A stretch of 64,000 nucleotides of DNA. Origin: Polyangiaceae bacterium (GTDB taxonomy: Bacteria; Myxococcota_A; Polyangia; Polyangiales; Polyangiaceae). The notes below the pieces were generated by a model. That model saw only the letters and a program-made list of their open reading frames with translations. It had not been told where the DNA came from and searched no databases. Below, piece after piece: positions 28,037-37,600 of the stretch (position 1 is its first letter; every line of letters begins with the position of its first letter). Position numbers and translations under genes: made by a program. Location: positions 1-64,000 of the forward strand of contig JBNKBE010000009.1 of the NCBI GenBank assembly GCA_050287085.1, read 5' to 3'.

Positions 28037-30049
28037 CTAGGGGCCTACCTTCTTGAACGAATCTCCATCGTAGCGATAGCTTTGCGCCTCTCGCCCGCCC
28101 CACGGCAGCAGCAGTGGCTCTAGACCGCCATACGGCCCCGGATCCTGTGGAAACGGGTACGATTGTTCGGTAAACTCGATGGCTTTTCCCGGCGCTAGTC
28201 GAATTTCAACCCCGCGTGCTATCGGGACAAACGAGACCCTACCGAGCACACTGGCCTTGCGCAACGTCCGCCCCGTTTCCGCGGCAAAGATGCGTTCGAT
28301 CCCACCGGCCCGCACCTTGTAGACCAGTAAGGCGTGACGCTGAACCGTGTGGCCTCCGAGCGCGCGACTCGCTTTCGCCGCCAACGTGCCGCGAACGATG
28401 AGCTCAGCGTAGCCATCGCCTGTGAGGTCCGCTGCCGACACGGAAAGCACATCGCTCGGCTCCTTCAGCGCCACTTTGGTGAACGCGTATGTCGTGGCAT
28501 CCTGAAAGTGCTCACCAAATACGACGAGATCGAGCCCGTGGAGGAGCACGCGCTCCGGCACCTCATCGCCGTAGGTGTTGATCACGAAGTCAAAGCGGGC
28601 CTTGCCATGGGCCCGCTGCTCGCGGCGATACAGCGAGTACACCTCCCGCATCAATTCCGCCGTCTTCGGCGGACGCGGGGGCTCGAGCACCCGGGTCGCC
28701 TGTCCTTGAGATGAGCTCACACCAGTCCGGTCCCGACGGCTCGACGAACCAGCGCCGCCAGCCGTCGGTGGACGAGTTCCCGACCACAGGCGCTGCCCGC
28801 GGGCTGGCGGTGCCTTCACTCCGCTGGCCTTTTCTTTCTCTTCTACGACATCGAAACGGCCGCCCTCGAACGCATAGGCGCGGCTCTCGATGGCTTGCCA
28901 GGGCAACAGTGCCGGCTGCACCTCGCCACCAGCGATTGGCTCCTCCCACCGTTCGAGTTCCAGGCCTCGGTGCTTGCCGCGGCTGACTACAAGCGTCCGC
29001 TGCTTGCCTCTGCGGGCAAGACGCACCTCGTTCTCAACAACGCCAGCCGCACAACGGATACCAACCTCGTGCTGAAAGATCTTGCGTGGCGGGGCGTCAC
29101 TGGACGGGAAGGTATACACCTCCAAGTAGTCGCGACCTTGGCTGCTTGTCCCCTCCCGTCGCACCAAGACAACTTCCGCTTTGCCATCGCCACTGAGATC
29201 GGCGAGCTCAAAGAAGCGTAGCGCACTGGGCTCCAGCAACCGTAGGTCCTGATAGTAGAACTCGCGCCCGCCCCGGTAGTTGTAACCTGTAACGGTCAAG
29301 TAGCGGTCATATATGGCGATCCGCTCCAGGAAGCGATCGCCTGTTAGATTCGCAAAGGCCTCTCGCTCAGGTTCAACGTCAAGCCCCTTGGCCTCCACGA
29401 CAGCTTGCATCAGCGCGTACTCGGGCTCCAGCGTCAGCTGAGGCAAGCGTCCTTTGCTCGCGGAGGTCGCGACGCGCGCTACACTTCCTTCGCCTGCGTC
29501 CTGGTATAGTAGGCGCGCGCGAAGACCTGAGCGACAATCGTTCGTCGCCGGCAACGCAGCCCACGGTATGCGCGCCTCAAAATCATATCCATGCGCAGTG
29601 GGTGCCTCAACCAGAAGGGCCCCCTCTAGCTTACCCTTCCCCTTGAGCTTCACCAGCCCTGCAGTCCGGCCGGGCTCGCCCGCAAACAGCTGAATGGCGT
29701 AGCTGACCGCGCCGCTTCCCGGCCTTGGAACAGTCAGCTCAAGCTGCGCGTAGTCTTCTTGCTCGCCGTAATGACGGCCACGGGTGAACGTCGAGTCACG
29801 CACGCGCATGGCCACGTACAGCGCCTGGTCGTCATATCCAACAAGACCCTCTGCCCCCCCTTTGACCTTGCCGCGCAGCGCCTTCTCGAGCGGAGTGAGT
29901 TTTGGCCACTCCTTGAGCAAGCCGTCTACCCTCACCTTCTTGTCGCCAAAAGGGAACGCATCCAGACGCGATTCACTCGCTTCGGCGAAGGCCGACCCCA
30001 CTTGAGCCCAAACAGTGGTGAACGCAAGCAGGGCGCAGGCCCACTTCAT
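28037..30049 (-). CDS. Secreted protein with CBM9-like N-terminal domain and FG-GAP-like motifs
   Basis: Signal peptide; VDGLLKEW...YDDQALYVAMRVRD...FEARIPW; DLSGDGKAEVV and DLTGDGYAELIV. Confidence 0.65.
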   Translation of the reverse strand: MKWACALLAFTTVWAQVGSAFAEASESRLDAFPFGDKKVRVDGLLKEWPKLTPLEKALRGKVKGGAEGLVGYDDQALYVAMRVRDSTFTRGRHYGEQEDYAQLELTVPRPGSGAVSYAIQLFAGEPGRTAGLVKLKGKGKLEGALLVEAPTAHGYDFEARIPWAALPATNDCRSGLRARLLYQDAGEGSVARVATSASKGRLPQLTLEPEYALMQAVVEAKGLDVEPEREAFANLTGDRFLERIAIYDRYLTVTGYNYRGGREFYYQDLRLLEPSALRFFELADLSGDGKAEVVLVRREGTSSQGRDYLEVYTFPSSDAPPRKIFQHEVGIRCAAGVVENEVRLARRGKQRTLVVSRGKHRGLELERWEEPIAGGEVQPALLPWQAIESRAYAFEGGRFDVVEEKEKASGVKAPPARGQRLWSGTRPPTAGGAGSSSRRDRTGVSSSQGQATRVLEPPRPPKTAELMREVYSLYRREQRAHGKARFDFVINTYGDEVPERVLLHGLDLVVFGEHFQDATTYAFTKVALKEPSDVLSVSAADLTGDGYAELIVRGTLAAKASRALGGHTVQRHALLVYKVRAGGIERIFAAETGRTLRKASVLGRVSFVPIARGVEIRLAPGKAIEFTEQSYPFPQDPGPYGGLEPLLLPWGGREAQSYRYDGDSFKKVGP

Positions 30050-30888
30050 TTGCTTTCCTCAACGCGAGGCAAGGCGTCTCCTCGCGCCTCAAAGTCCTCC
30101 AAAGCCTTGGCCAACTCGGCTTGCTCCTGCGGGTCGAGATCATCGAACTCTTCTTCGACCCGCACCTTCGGACCGGCAATTGCCGCCGGAAGCTCAGCCT
30201 TGACCGGCGCCTCAGCGACCAGCCCCATCTTGCGCTTCAGCGCCAGAAGTTCGTCCTCGGCTCCACCACCAACTTCGAGTTCACGGAACTTGGCATCCAA
30301 GGTGTCCCCGGTGAATTCTCCCGCCAGCTCCTCGCTCGCTTCAGCCTGGGCTTCGAGCTGATTGACCCGCTCTTCCATCTCCTCAAATGCGGAGAATGCG
30401 CTGGCGTTCTTCAGACCCGCCATGGTGTCGTGAATCTGCCTCTGGGCCTCGGCGCGCTTTTGACGAGCGATCAGCAACGCCTTCTTGCGCTTCGCCTCCT
30501 CAATCTTGTTGTTGAGTGCCTTGAGCGCAAGCCGCAGTTGGTCAACAGCCGCCTTCTGCTGTTGCCACTGCTTGCGGTACTGCGCGGCATGCTCGTCGTG
30601 CTCCTTGCGGCGCAGCAAGGCCTCTTTGGCCAATCCGTCATCTCCCGCGCGCACAGCCAACATGGCCTTCTTTTCCCACTGCGTGGCGTGCTCGGCTTCG
30701 GTCTCGATCTTGCGAGCCAAGCGCTTCTCGTCAGCGATGGCCGATGCGACCTGTCTCTTGGCCTCAGAGTACTGCTCGGTCATGTCCCGAACGAGCTGGT
30801 TGAGCATCTTCTCCGGATCTTCTGCGGAGGAAATAAGAGCGTTGATATTTGACTTAATCAGGCGCGCTAGGCGAGCGAAGATTCCCAT
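30046..30888 (-). CDS. pspA: PspA/IM30 (ESCRT-III-like) protein
   Basis: MGIFARLARLIKSNINALISSAEDPEKMLNQ, coiled coil, AFEEMEERV, ELLALKRKMG. Confidence 0.93.
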   Translation of the reverse strand: MGIFARLARLIKSNINALISSAEDPEKMLNQLVRDMTEQYSEAKRQVASAIADEKRLARKIETEAEHATQWEKKAMLAVRAGDDGLAKEALLRRKEHDEHAAQYRKQWQQQKAAVDQLRLALKALNNKIEEAKRKKALLIARQKRAEAQRQIHDTMAGLKNASAFSAFEEMEERVNQLEAQAEASEELAGEFTGDTLDAKFRELEVGGGAEDELLALKRKMGLVAEAPVKAELPAAIAGPKVRVEEEFDDLDPQEQAELAKALEDFEARGDALPRVEESK

Positions 30889-30914
30889 CGTCGTATTCCT
30901 TCTAAAGCTTGTGA

Positions 30915-31304
30915 CTAGCGCATCAGCTTGGAGAGCTCTGGCATGTGTGTAGAAAGAGCCAACTCAAAGTCTGCAAGTACCGCTTCCAACTCATTCGGAT
31001 CGAGGTTCGCGAGCTCGAGGGCCGCAGACAAGATCAGTGTCTGCTCGGAAAGTCCGTACGATGCGTGCAGCAGCGCGTCGGCGTTGAGCTCCAATAGGCG
31101 GCGAAATAGGGGCCCGTGTTGCTCCTGGCGAGCTGGTAGCTGTCCAATCTCGATTTGGGCGACCAATACGGGCCCAGCAAGCACCAGCGCGGCGGGTGCC
31201 TGGTCGCGAGCCAAGTGAACGAGCAAGGTGCCGTTCTCCAAGAGCTCATAGGAGCGACCAATTCGACCGAGGAGCAGTTCAAGATCTTGCGGCGATGCGA
31301 TCAT
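30915..31304 (-). CDS. CesT/YbjN-family chaperone-like protein
   Basis: 129 aa; LFRRLLELNA...HASYGL...LANLDPNELEA. Confidence 0.75.
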   Translation of the reverse strand: MIASPQDLELLLGRIGRSYELLENGTLLVHLARDQAPAALVLAGPVLVAQIEIGQLPARQEQHGPLFRRLLELNADALLHASYGLSEQTLILSAALELANLDPNELEAVLADFELALSTHMPELSKLMR

Positions 31305-31395
31305 TGTGGGCCTAGGTTAGTGCCCGCGGGAGGAACCGCCAGCAACGACTGGCCCCCAAACTGTCACCAGGCCCGTCGACCAGCGAGCTCTCCCA

Positions 31396-31424
31396 TTGAC
31401 AACCCGGCTCCCCGCTGTCACTTT
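31396..31424 (+). promoter_or_regulatory. Putative sigma70 promoter of tRNA-Ser(CGA)
   Basis: TTGACA-17 nt-CACTTT with a TG extension, 12 nt before the tRNA. Confidence 0.5.
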
Positions 31425-31436
31425 CCGCGCCTCGCT

Positions 31437-31524
<88 letters not shown>

Positions 31525-31649
31525 GCTTCCGCAGCCGAAATCAGCTCTAATCGTCGCGCAGGGCGAGGCTGTCCCTCAACGCTGCCCCCCAACCGGCTGC
31601 AATACGCCGATATCCTCTCGATTCGCGAGGGGGAAAGAGAAGCACCTCC

Positions 31650-32579
31650 GTGGATGATGCTGTCAAGTCGGGCACTTTTGACCATCCAGGTCCAGAGCCA
31701 TTGCCCCTCGACCGATTTCTTCGTGCCCGCTTTCCGGGGGCGAGCTGGGGCGAATTGCGGCGGCTCATTCACACCGGAAAGGTGCACATCGAGGGCCAAG
31801 TTGTCACCGACGAACGCCGCAGAGTCAACGTTGGAACGCGCGTGAGCGTCGACATGAATCGACCGCGCAAGGCGATCCGACGTACGGCCTCGGACCCTCG
31901 CATCCTCCACGTGGACCCTCATATCGTTGTCGTCAACAAGCCGTCAGGGCTTTCCACCGTGGACCACGATGCCGAACCCTCGAGCCTGCAAGCCGAGATC
32001 AGGAGGTCCCTCGAACGGCTGGAGCGGAGGAGTACCCCCCAGCTGCTCGTCGTTCAGCGTCTGGATAAGGTGACATCGGGAGTGATGGTGTTTGCTCGTA
32101 CGAGCCTGGCAGAGGAAGATCTGGCTGAGCAGTTTCGCTCCCACACCACCGGACGAACCTATCGGGGTGTAGCTCACGGCCAGGTGCGCTCACAGACCTT
32201 CAGGGGACGGCTAGTGAAGGACCGCGGTGATGGCTTTCGCGGAGTTACGACTGACGCAAACGAGGGCTATCACGCTGTCACCCATGTTACAGCCAAGGTC
32301 GCCTACGAACACTGCACACTCGTTGAATGCCAGCTGGAAACGGGTCGTACCCATCAGATCCGCATCCATCTAGCGGACGCCGGACATCCCCTCGTCGGCG
32401 ATCCGCTGTATACCCGTGACTATCGCGGAACTCTGCTCGAGTCGGCCACGACCTTGCTACATGCTGCGACGCTCAGCTTTGCGCATCCAGTGTTTCGGAC
32501 GCCTTGCCGCTTCTCAGTCCCCCCCCCTGAGGCCTTCGAAGACTTTCTGAAGGGCCAGCGAGCGCGTTCCAGAGGGTAG
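31650..32579 (+). CDS. RluA/RluD-family pseudouridine synthase with S4 domain
   Basis: VVNKPSGL, QRLDKVTSG, LETGRTHQIRIHL...HPLVGDPLY, LHA. Confidence 0.95.
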   Translation: MDDAVKSGTFDHPGPEPLPLDRFLRARFPGASWGELRRLIHTGKVHIEGQVVTDERRRVNVGTRVSVDMNRPRKAIRRTASDPRILHVDPHIVVVNKPSGLSTVDHDAEPSSLQAEIRRSLERLERRSTPQLLVVQRLDKVTSGVMVFARTSLAEEDLAEQFRSHTTGRTYRGVAHGQVRSQTFRGRLVKDRGDGFRGVTTDANEGYHAVTHVTAKVAYEHCTLVECQLETGRTHQIRIHLADAGHPLVGDPLYTRDYRGTLLESATTLLHAATLSFAHPVFRTPCRFSVPPPEAFEDFLKGQRARSRG

Positions 32580-32924
32580 CCTTCCCGATACCGGCCTGTG
32601 CGAAGACGGATTCAGCGCGTCGTCGCACCGCCCTTGCGACCGCCGACTCGGCGCCAACTCGGCGTTTTCGCTCGTCCCACGGCCGCAGCGGAACGCACCG
32701 AGCCCTCATCCACGCGTACGGCGCTCGAAACGGTCAGATACCTCGATGGCCCTTGCCGCTTTCTCTTCGCGGTCTAGTTGTACGTCCTTGCTGCGACGCA
32801 CGGTGGGTGGCTCCGGCATAGATGGCAACAATGACTCAAATGCCCTATGCCGAGAGTCCGTTCAGCGCGCCCACTCCGGGGGAACCGAAACAGTCGGTTC
32901 GCGCTTGCCCATGAAGGAGCCACC

Positions 32925-34544
32925 ATGAAGGCCGACGTTGTTCGTCCGCGTTGCCACGTTCTATGCAAGAACGCCCTGTTCTTGGGAGCCGCCCTCGGCG
33001 TACCCCAGCTTCAGGGCTGCCAGGAGTCCTCCCCGGTGCAGCCAATGACCGTAGCCGAGGGTGGCAGTGCCGGCGCCGGTGGGGCTGCTGGGTCAGGCGG
33101 CTCCACCGCCGGTTCGCCCCCAATCGGAGGCTCGAATTCAGCCAGCGGCGGCGTTCCAACGCAGCCGCCCCCGACAGAAAACCTGGGCGGCACGGACCAG
33201 GCCGGAGGTGAGGCGGCGGGCGGCACTGAATCGAACGCGGCTAGCGGCGCGGCGGGCGCCGCTGCGGCGGGCACCGCTGCGGCCGGCACCGCCGGAAGCG
33301 CAGGCAACACAGCGCTAGACGAGCCCGTGACGCGCGATACCCTGTTCACGATAGAAGCCCACTTGGCGAGCGACGAGGCCGCCACCGCACCCGGCACCGT
33401 GGGCGTGGTGGTCTGGTCGGTGAGCGAAGGCGAGCTCACGGACGGATTCGTCGAGTTTGGCCCAGATGAGAGCTACGGCACTCGCGCGCCGCTTGGCAGC
33501 ACCGACAAGGAGCAGCGAACATTGTTGCTCGGCCTCAAACCGAACAGCGAATACCACTACCGCGTCGTGGTGACGACTGAAGGCGGCAACTTTGCGAGCG
33601 ACGACCGCTCATTGCAGACCAGTGCCGCCGCAAGCGGGGTGAACATAGCGACGTTTGACATCCTGGACGAGAGCGCCCGGGAAGGCGGCTTCATCGTCAC
33701 CTCCTACTGGCGCGGCGAAGGCTCATCGATCGTGTTCATTCTCGACGCAGACGGCGACATCGTATGGTGGTACGATACCGGCGCTAACGGGATCGCTCGC
33801 GCCCGCCTATCCGAAGACGGGCAGACGATGTGGATGATAAGCCCCGACAACAGCGGTGGCCCACTGCAGCGCGTCAGCCTGGACACGTTGGACGCAGAGA
33901 CTTACTCCAATGCCATCGGCTCTCACGATATCACCCCGGTTGAGGGCGACCGGATGGCTTTCCTGGAATACGGAGAAGCCGACTGCAACAGCATTTTCGA
34001 AATCACCCCGAGTGAGGCGCCGCGCGAGATCTTCGAAACTGACGGCCTCTTCGGTGCAGACGCCGCACGGTGTCATGCCAACGCTCTGCGCTATTCGAGC
34101 AAAGAAGATCAGTACACGCTGTCCGACGTCAGCACCGACATCTACATGATCGACCGCGACGGTACGTTGGATTGGAGCCTAGCAGACACGGTGGCGGGTG
34201 GAGTGCAAGCCTGGGGGGGACGCAACCATGGTCACCAGCTCCTCGACGAGAGCATCATCATATTCGCCAATGATGGTGGCAACGGGGCGTCGGCCGTCAT
34301 CGAATACGACCTGGAAGGCAACGAAATCTTCCGCTACGACAGCGGCGAAGCCAGCGCGAATCTCGGAGACGTCCAACGCCTCCCGGAGGGCAATACGCTC
34401 ATAACCTATTCGAACGCCGGAATAATCCACGAGGTCGACGAGAGCGGTACTCCGGTGCTCAAGATAAACAGCGGTGGGCCGTCCTTTGGCTACAGTCTGT
34501 GGCGCAAGACCCTTTACGGGCGGCCGCCGGACCTCGACCTCTAG
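32925..34544 (+). CDS. Arylsulfotransferase (ASST)-like beta-propeller lipoprotein with FN3-like domain
   Basis: SD AAGGAG; lipobox LQGC; Gly/Ala linker; LGLKPNSEYHYRV; SHDI, CHANAL, NHGHQ, DVQRLPEGNTLI. Confidence 0.7.
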   Translation: MKADVVRPRCHVLCKNALFLGAALGVPQLQGCQESSPVQPMTVAEGGSAGAGGAAGSGGSTAGSPPIGGSNSASGGVPTQPPPTENLGGTDQAGGEAAGGTESNAASGAAGAAAAGTAAAGTAGSAGNTALDEPVTRDTLFTIEAHLASDEAATAPGTVGVVVWSVSEGELTDGFVEFGPDESYGTRAPLGSTDKEQRTLLLGLKPNSEYHYRVVVTTEGGNFASDDRSLQTSAAASGVNIATFDILDESAREGGFIVTSYWRGEGSSIVFILDADGDIVWWYDTGANGIARARLSEDGQTMWMISPDNSGGPLQRVSLDTLDAETYSNAIGSHDITPVEGDRMAFLEYGEADCNSIFEITPSEAPREIFETDGLFGADAARCHANALRYSSKEDQYTLSDVSTDIYMIDRDGTLDWSLADTVAGGVQAWGGRNHGHQLLDESIIIFANDGGNGASAVIEYDLEGNEIFRYDSGEASANLGDVQRLPEGNTLITYSNAGIIHEVDESGTPVLKINSGGPSFGYSLWRKTLYGRPPDLDL

Positions 34545-34608
34545 CTCCCAATTGAGCGCACTGCGGGCGCGCGTCGCGGGGGGCGACAAGGTCTGCCACG
34601 CGCGCCCG

Positions 34609-37600
34609 TCACTGCGGAACCGCGCTCCGCATCGGACAACGATTGGGAGCGGTTCGGCCGCACGTGCCCGCCACAGGACATTCTCCACACTCCACGATAT
34701 CGCCGCAGCCGTCGCCGATTGCGCCGCACTCTGCTTCGACGTCATCACACGTGCGTGGCACACACGCGGCTGGACTGCCGCACCGGAAGGGCATCTGTCC
34801 GCCGCAGACCTCGCCGTCGGGGCAAGCGCCACAGTCGATCGTTTCGCCGCAGCCGTCACCGGCAAGTCCGCACTCGATTCCCTGAGCGCCGCACCCCAGA
34901 GGCTCACACGCGGGTCCCTCAGCGCATCTATTGGGTCCGAGCGCGCCACATAGGAGGCCCTCCGGGCATCCGCCGCAGTCGAGTTGTCCCCCGCAGCCAT
35001 CGCCGATAATACCGCACTGAGCGTCAGCATCGCCGCAGGTGCGCGGAACGCAGCCGCCACAGCGATTGGGCTCGTGTAGTCCGCAGACAGTGTTGTCCGC
35101 GCAGGCCCCGCAATTTCGACTGCCACCGCAGCCGTCGCCCACTAGGCCGCATTCCGCATTCTGCTCTTCGCACGTGAGCGGCACGCACGCTGGCTCGCCG
35201 CACACGTTCGGTACGCCCGCGCCCCCGCAGATCTCGGGCAAAGTGCAGGTATCGCCGCAGTCCAACTCACCGGAGCAACCGTCGCTAATGCGCCCGCACT
35301 CCGCCGCCACCGGGCACTCGGTGAGCGGGACACAACTCTGTTCCACGCACTCGCCCTGACGACAGGCAAAACCTGCCTGACAGTCACCACAGGGGATCAC
35401 GTCGTCGCAACCGTTTGACACGTAGCCACAAACGTCCGCCCCGCAAACGTCACCGGCGAGCAGCGGCTCGCAACTTGCACTGCATCGGTTCGGTTCAGCG
35501 ATGCCGCACTCGCTGCCCAGAGCACAGGAGCCGCACGACAGCAGCTCGCCGCACCCATCCGAGATGGTTCCGCACTCTGCCCCAAGTGACGTGCACGTCG
35601 CTGGCTTGCACTCCGGTTCAGCACATATCCCCCCCGGAGTGCATACAAGCCCACCTCCGCAACCGCCACACGTGATATACCCGCCGCAACCATCAGCAAT
35701 TGCTCCACAGCGACCGCTACACGCGGCGGAGGTCAGTGGAGTGCACTCCGGTGGGGCCGCTTGCTCATTGGAGACGCAGGCGCCCAAATCAAATAGCATA
35801 TAGAGCAGAACCTTCTCCTGCTCGGATAGAGGCCCAGAACAATGCTCCGGGAAGATGGCCGCGGCATAGTCCTTGCCAGCCTCTGACACAACATGGAATC
35901 CGCTGTAGGCAACACGCCCGCAGATGTTTTCTTCTGGTGCCCCATAGGGAGTGTTGAATGAAAACTGCTGCACGGTCGACCCCGCCCAGCCACACTGGTC
36001 GCGTGCTAGGCAAGTGTCGATCTGATTCTTGTCGACGTCGCCAGAATCACAATCCGTCTTGAATGAACACGACCCGCTCCATTGACACTGTGGGTCCAAG
36101 ACACACGCTGACTCGGTCTTAGTATTGCAGTCGTTGACGAACGTGCATGCGTTGTCTCGCCACTCGCAGTTCGGATTCACGCTGCACATCTCGTCCGATA
36201 GCGCCGAGCACGGTCGGCAGAAGTCGCTCGCCCCGGATAGGTCGTCCAGCAATCGGTACACGAACTCTTCTGAGTGGTCGCCCACACTGGATGCCAGATC
36301 GCGAGGGTCGGTGATCTCAAAAGCGTAGCGCCCTTGAGCATCGATGGTGGCCGCTTGTTCGTTGACCGCCCACTGGGCAAAGGCCCCCGCCTTATCGAGG
36401 TTGGCACCGGGTCGCTGAAGCGATATGTAGCCCACGTCGACGCTTTGTGTGCCTAGTCCCGAGATCCAGGTCGCAGCTGAGGAAAGTCCGGTCGACAGCG
36501 GGGTCATCGCGTCATACGCCAGGTTTCCGTTGTCGTAGATCCAGGTGTAGCTCCAATGACTCGCGAATAGTCTTCCCCCCCGATTGACGAACTCACGAAT
36601 ATTGGGGTCGCTCGCGGGATGTTCAACGGCCGTCGACTGGCAGTCGAAGACCACCATATCGTACGAGAACAGTCGATCCAAGTTAGCGTGCAGCTCGGCG
36701 TCGCTGGCCGTGCCGCCCGCCATCTGGGCACCTCCCTGCACGTCCGCCCGATACATGTGAATGCGTGCGACATCAGCCCCGCCGGCGCCCGGCAAAGCGA
36801 ATTCTCCGTCGCTAACCCCCAGCTTGCTGAACACGCATTCCATGGCATCAACGCGCCCGGTCGACACGGCAACGCGGGGAATGTTAGCCCCCAAACCATC
36901 GTTCATCGAGCGCGGCAAGCGTGTCTGCTCGAGGGGCAGCGAAGTTGCGGCACAAGCGGCCGATGACGGCAAGGTGATCCGCTGAGCACGACGCCACTTG
37001 CCCGTCTTGACGACGAGAATGAACTCCTCCTCGACCGGAATGCTGCCCCGAAGAACGAACTGTCCCAACGCATCGGTCGTCGTGCTCACGAGTACGGGAC
37101 CAAGGTCTTGATCTTCACAGCGCTCGCAAGCGGTTGCTGGCTGTCCCCCGACGTCCGGAATTCCCGCGTCCACGCTGGGAAGCGCCGAGAGATCGTCGAC
37201 TTGCAAGATATAGACGAAAGCATTCGGAATACCCACCTGGTTGACCACGTCCTGCGCATGACGACCTGGCGTCTGCACGCGACCGGCAAGCGTCGTGACC
37301 TGCTGCTGACCAAAGCAATTCGGAATTGCGTCGCATAGGGGGCACTCACCTTGGCTGTCGGTTTCGTACGCAGCCAAACAGCGTGCCGGTCCGTTGATAC
37401 CCCCGATGCAGGTTTCCTGCTCTGGGTTGCACCCGATACCTTCTGCTGCGCAGTCAAAAACGTTGCCGCACTCGTCTACAGCAAGCCCACACTCCCACCC
37501 GAGTTCGCGACAGCTGCTGGCCTGAACACAGCCCGCCATGGGGTCGTCACATTGGTAGGCTGCGCCCACACCACACGCCTCACCGGCACCGCAGCCGCCA

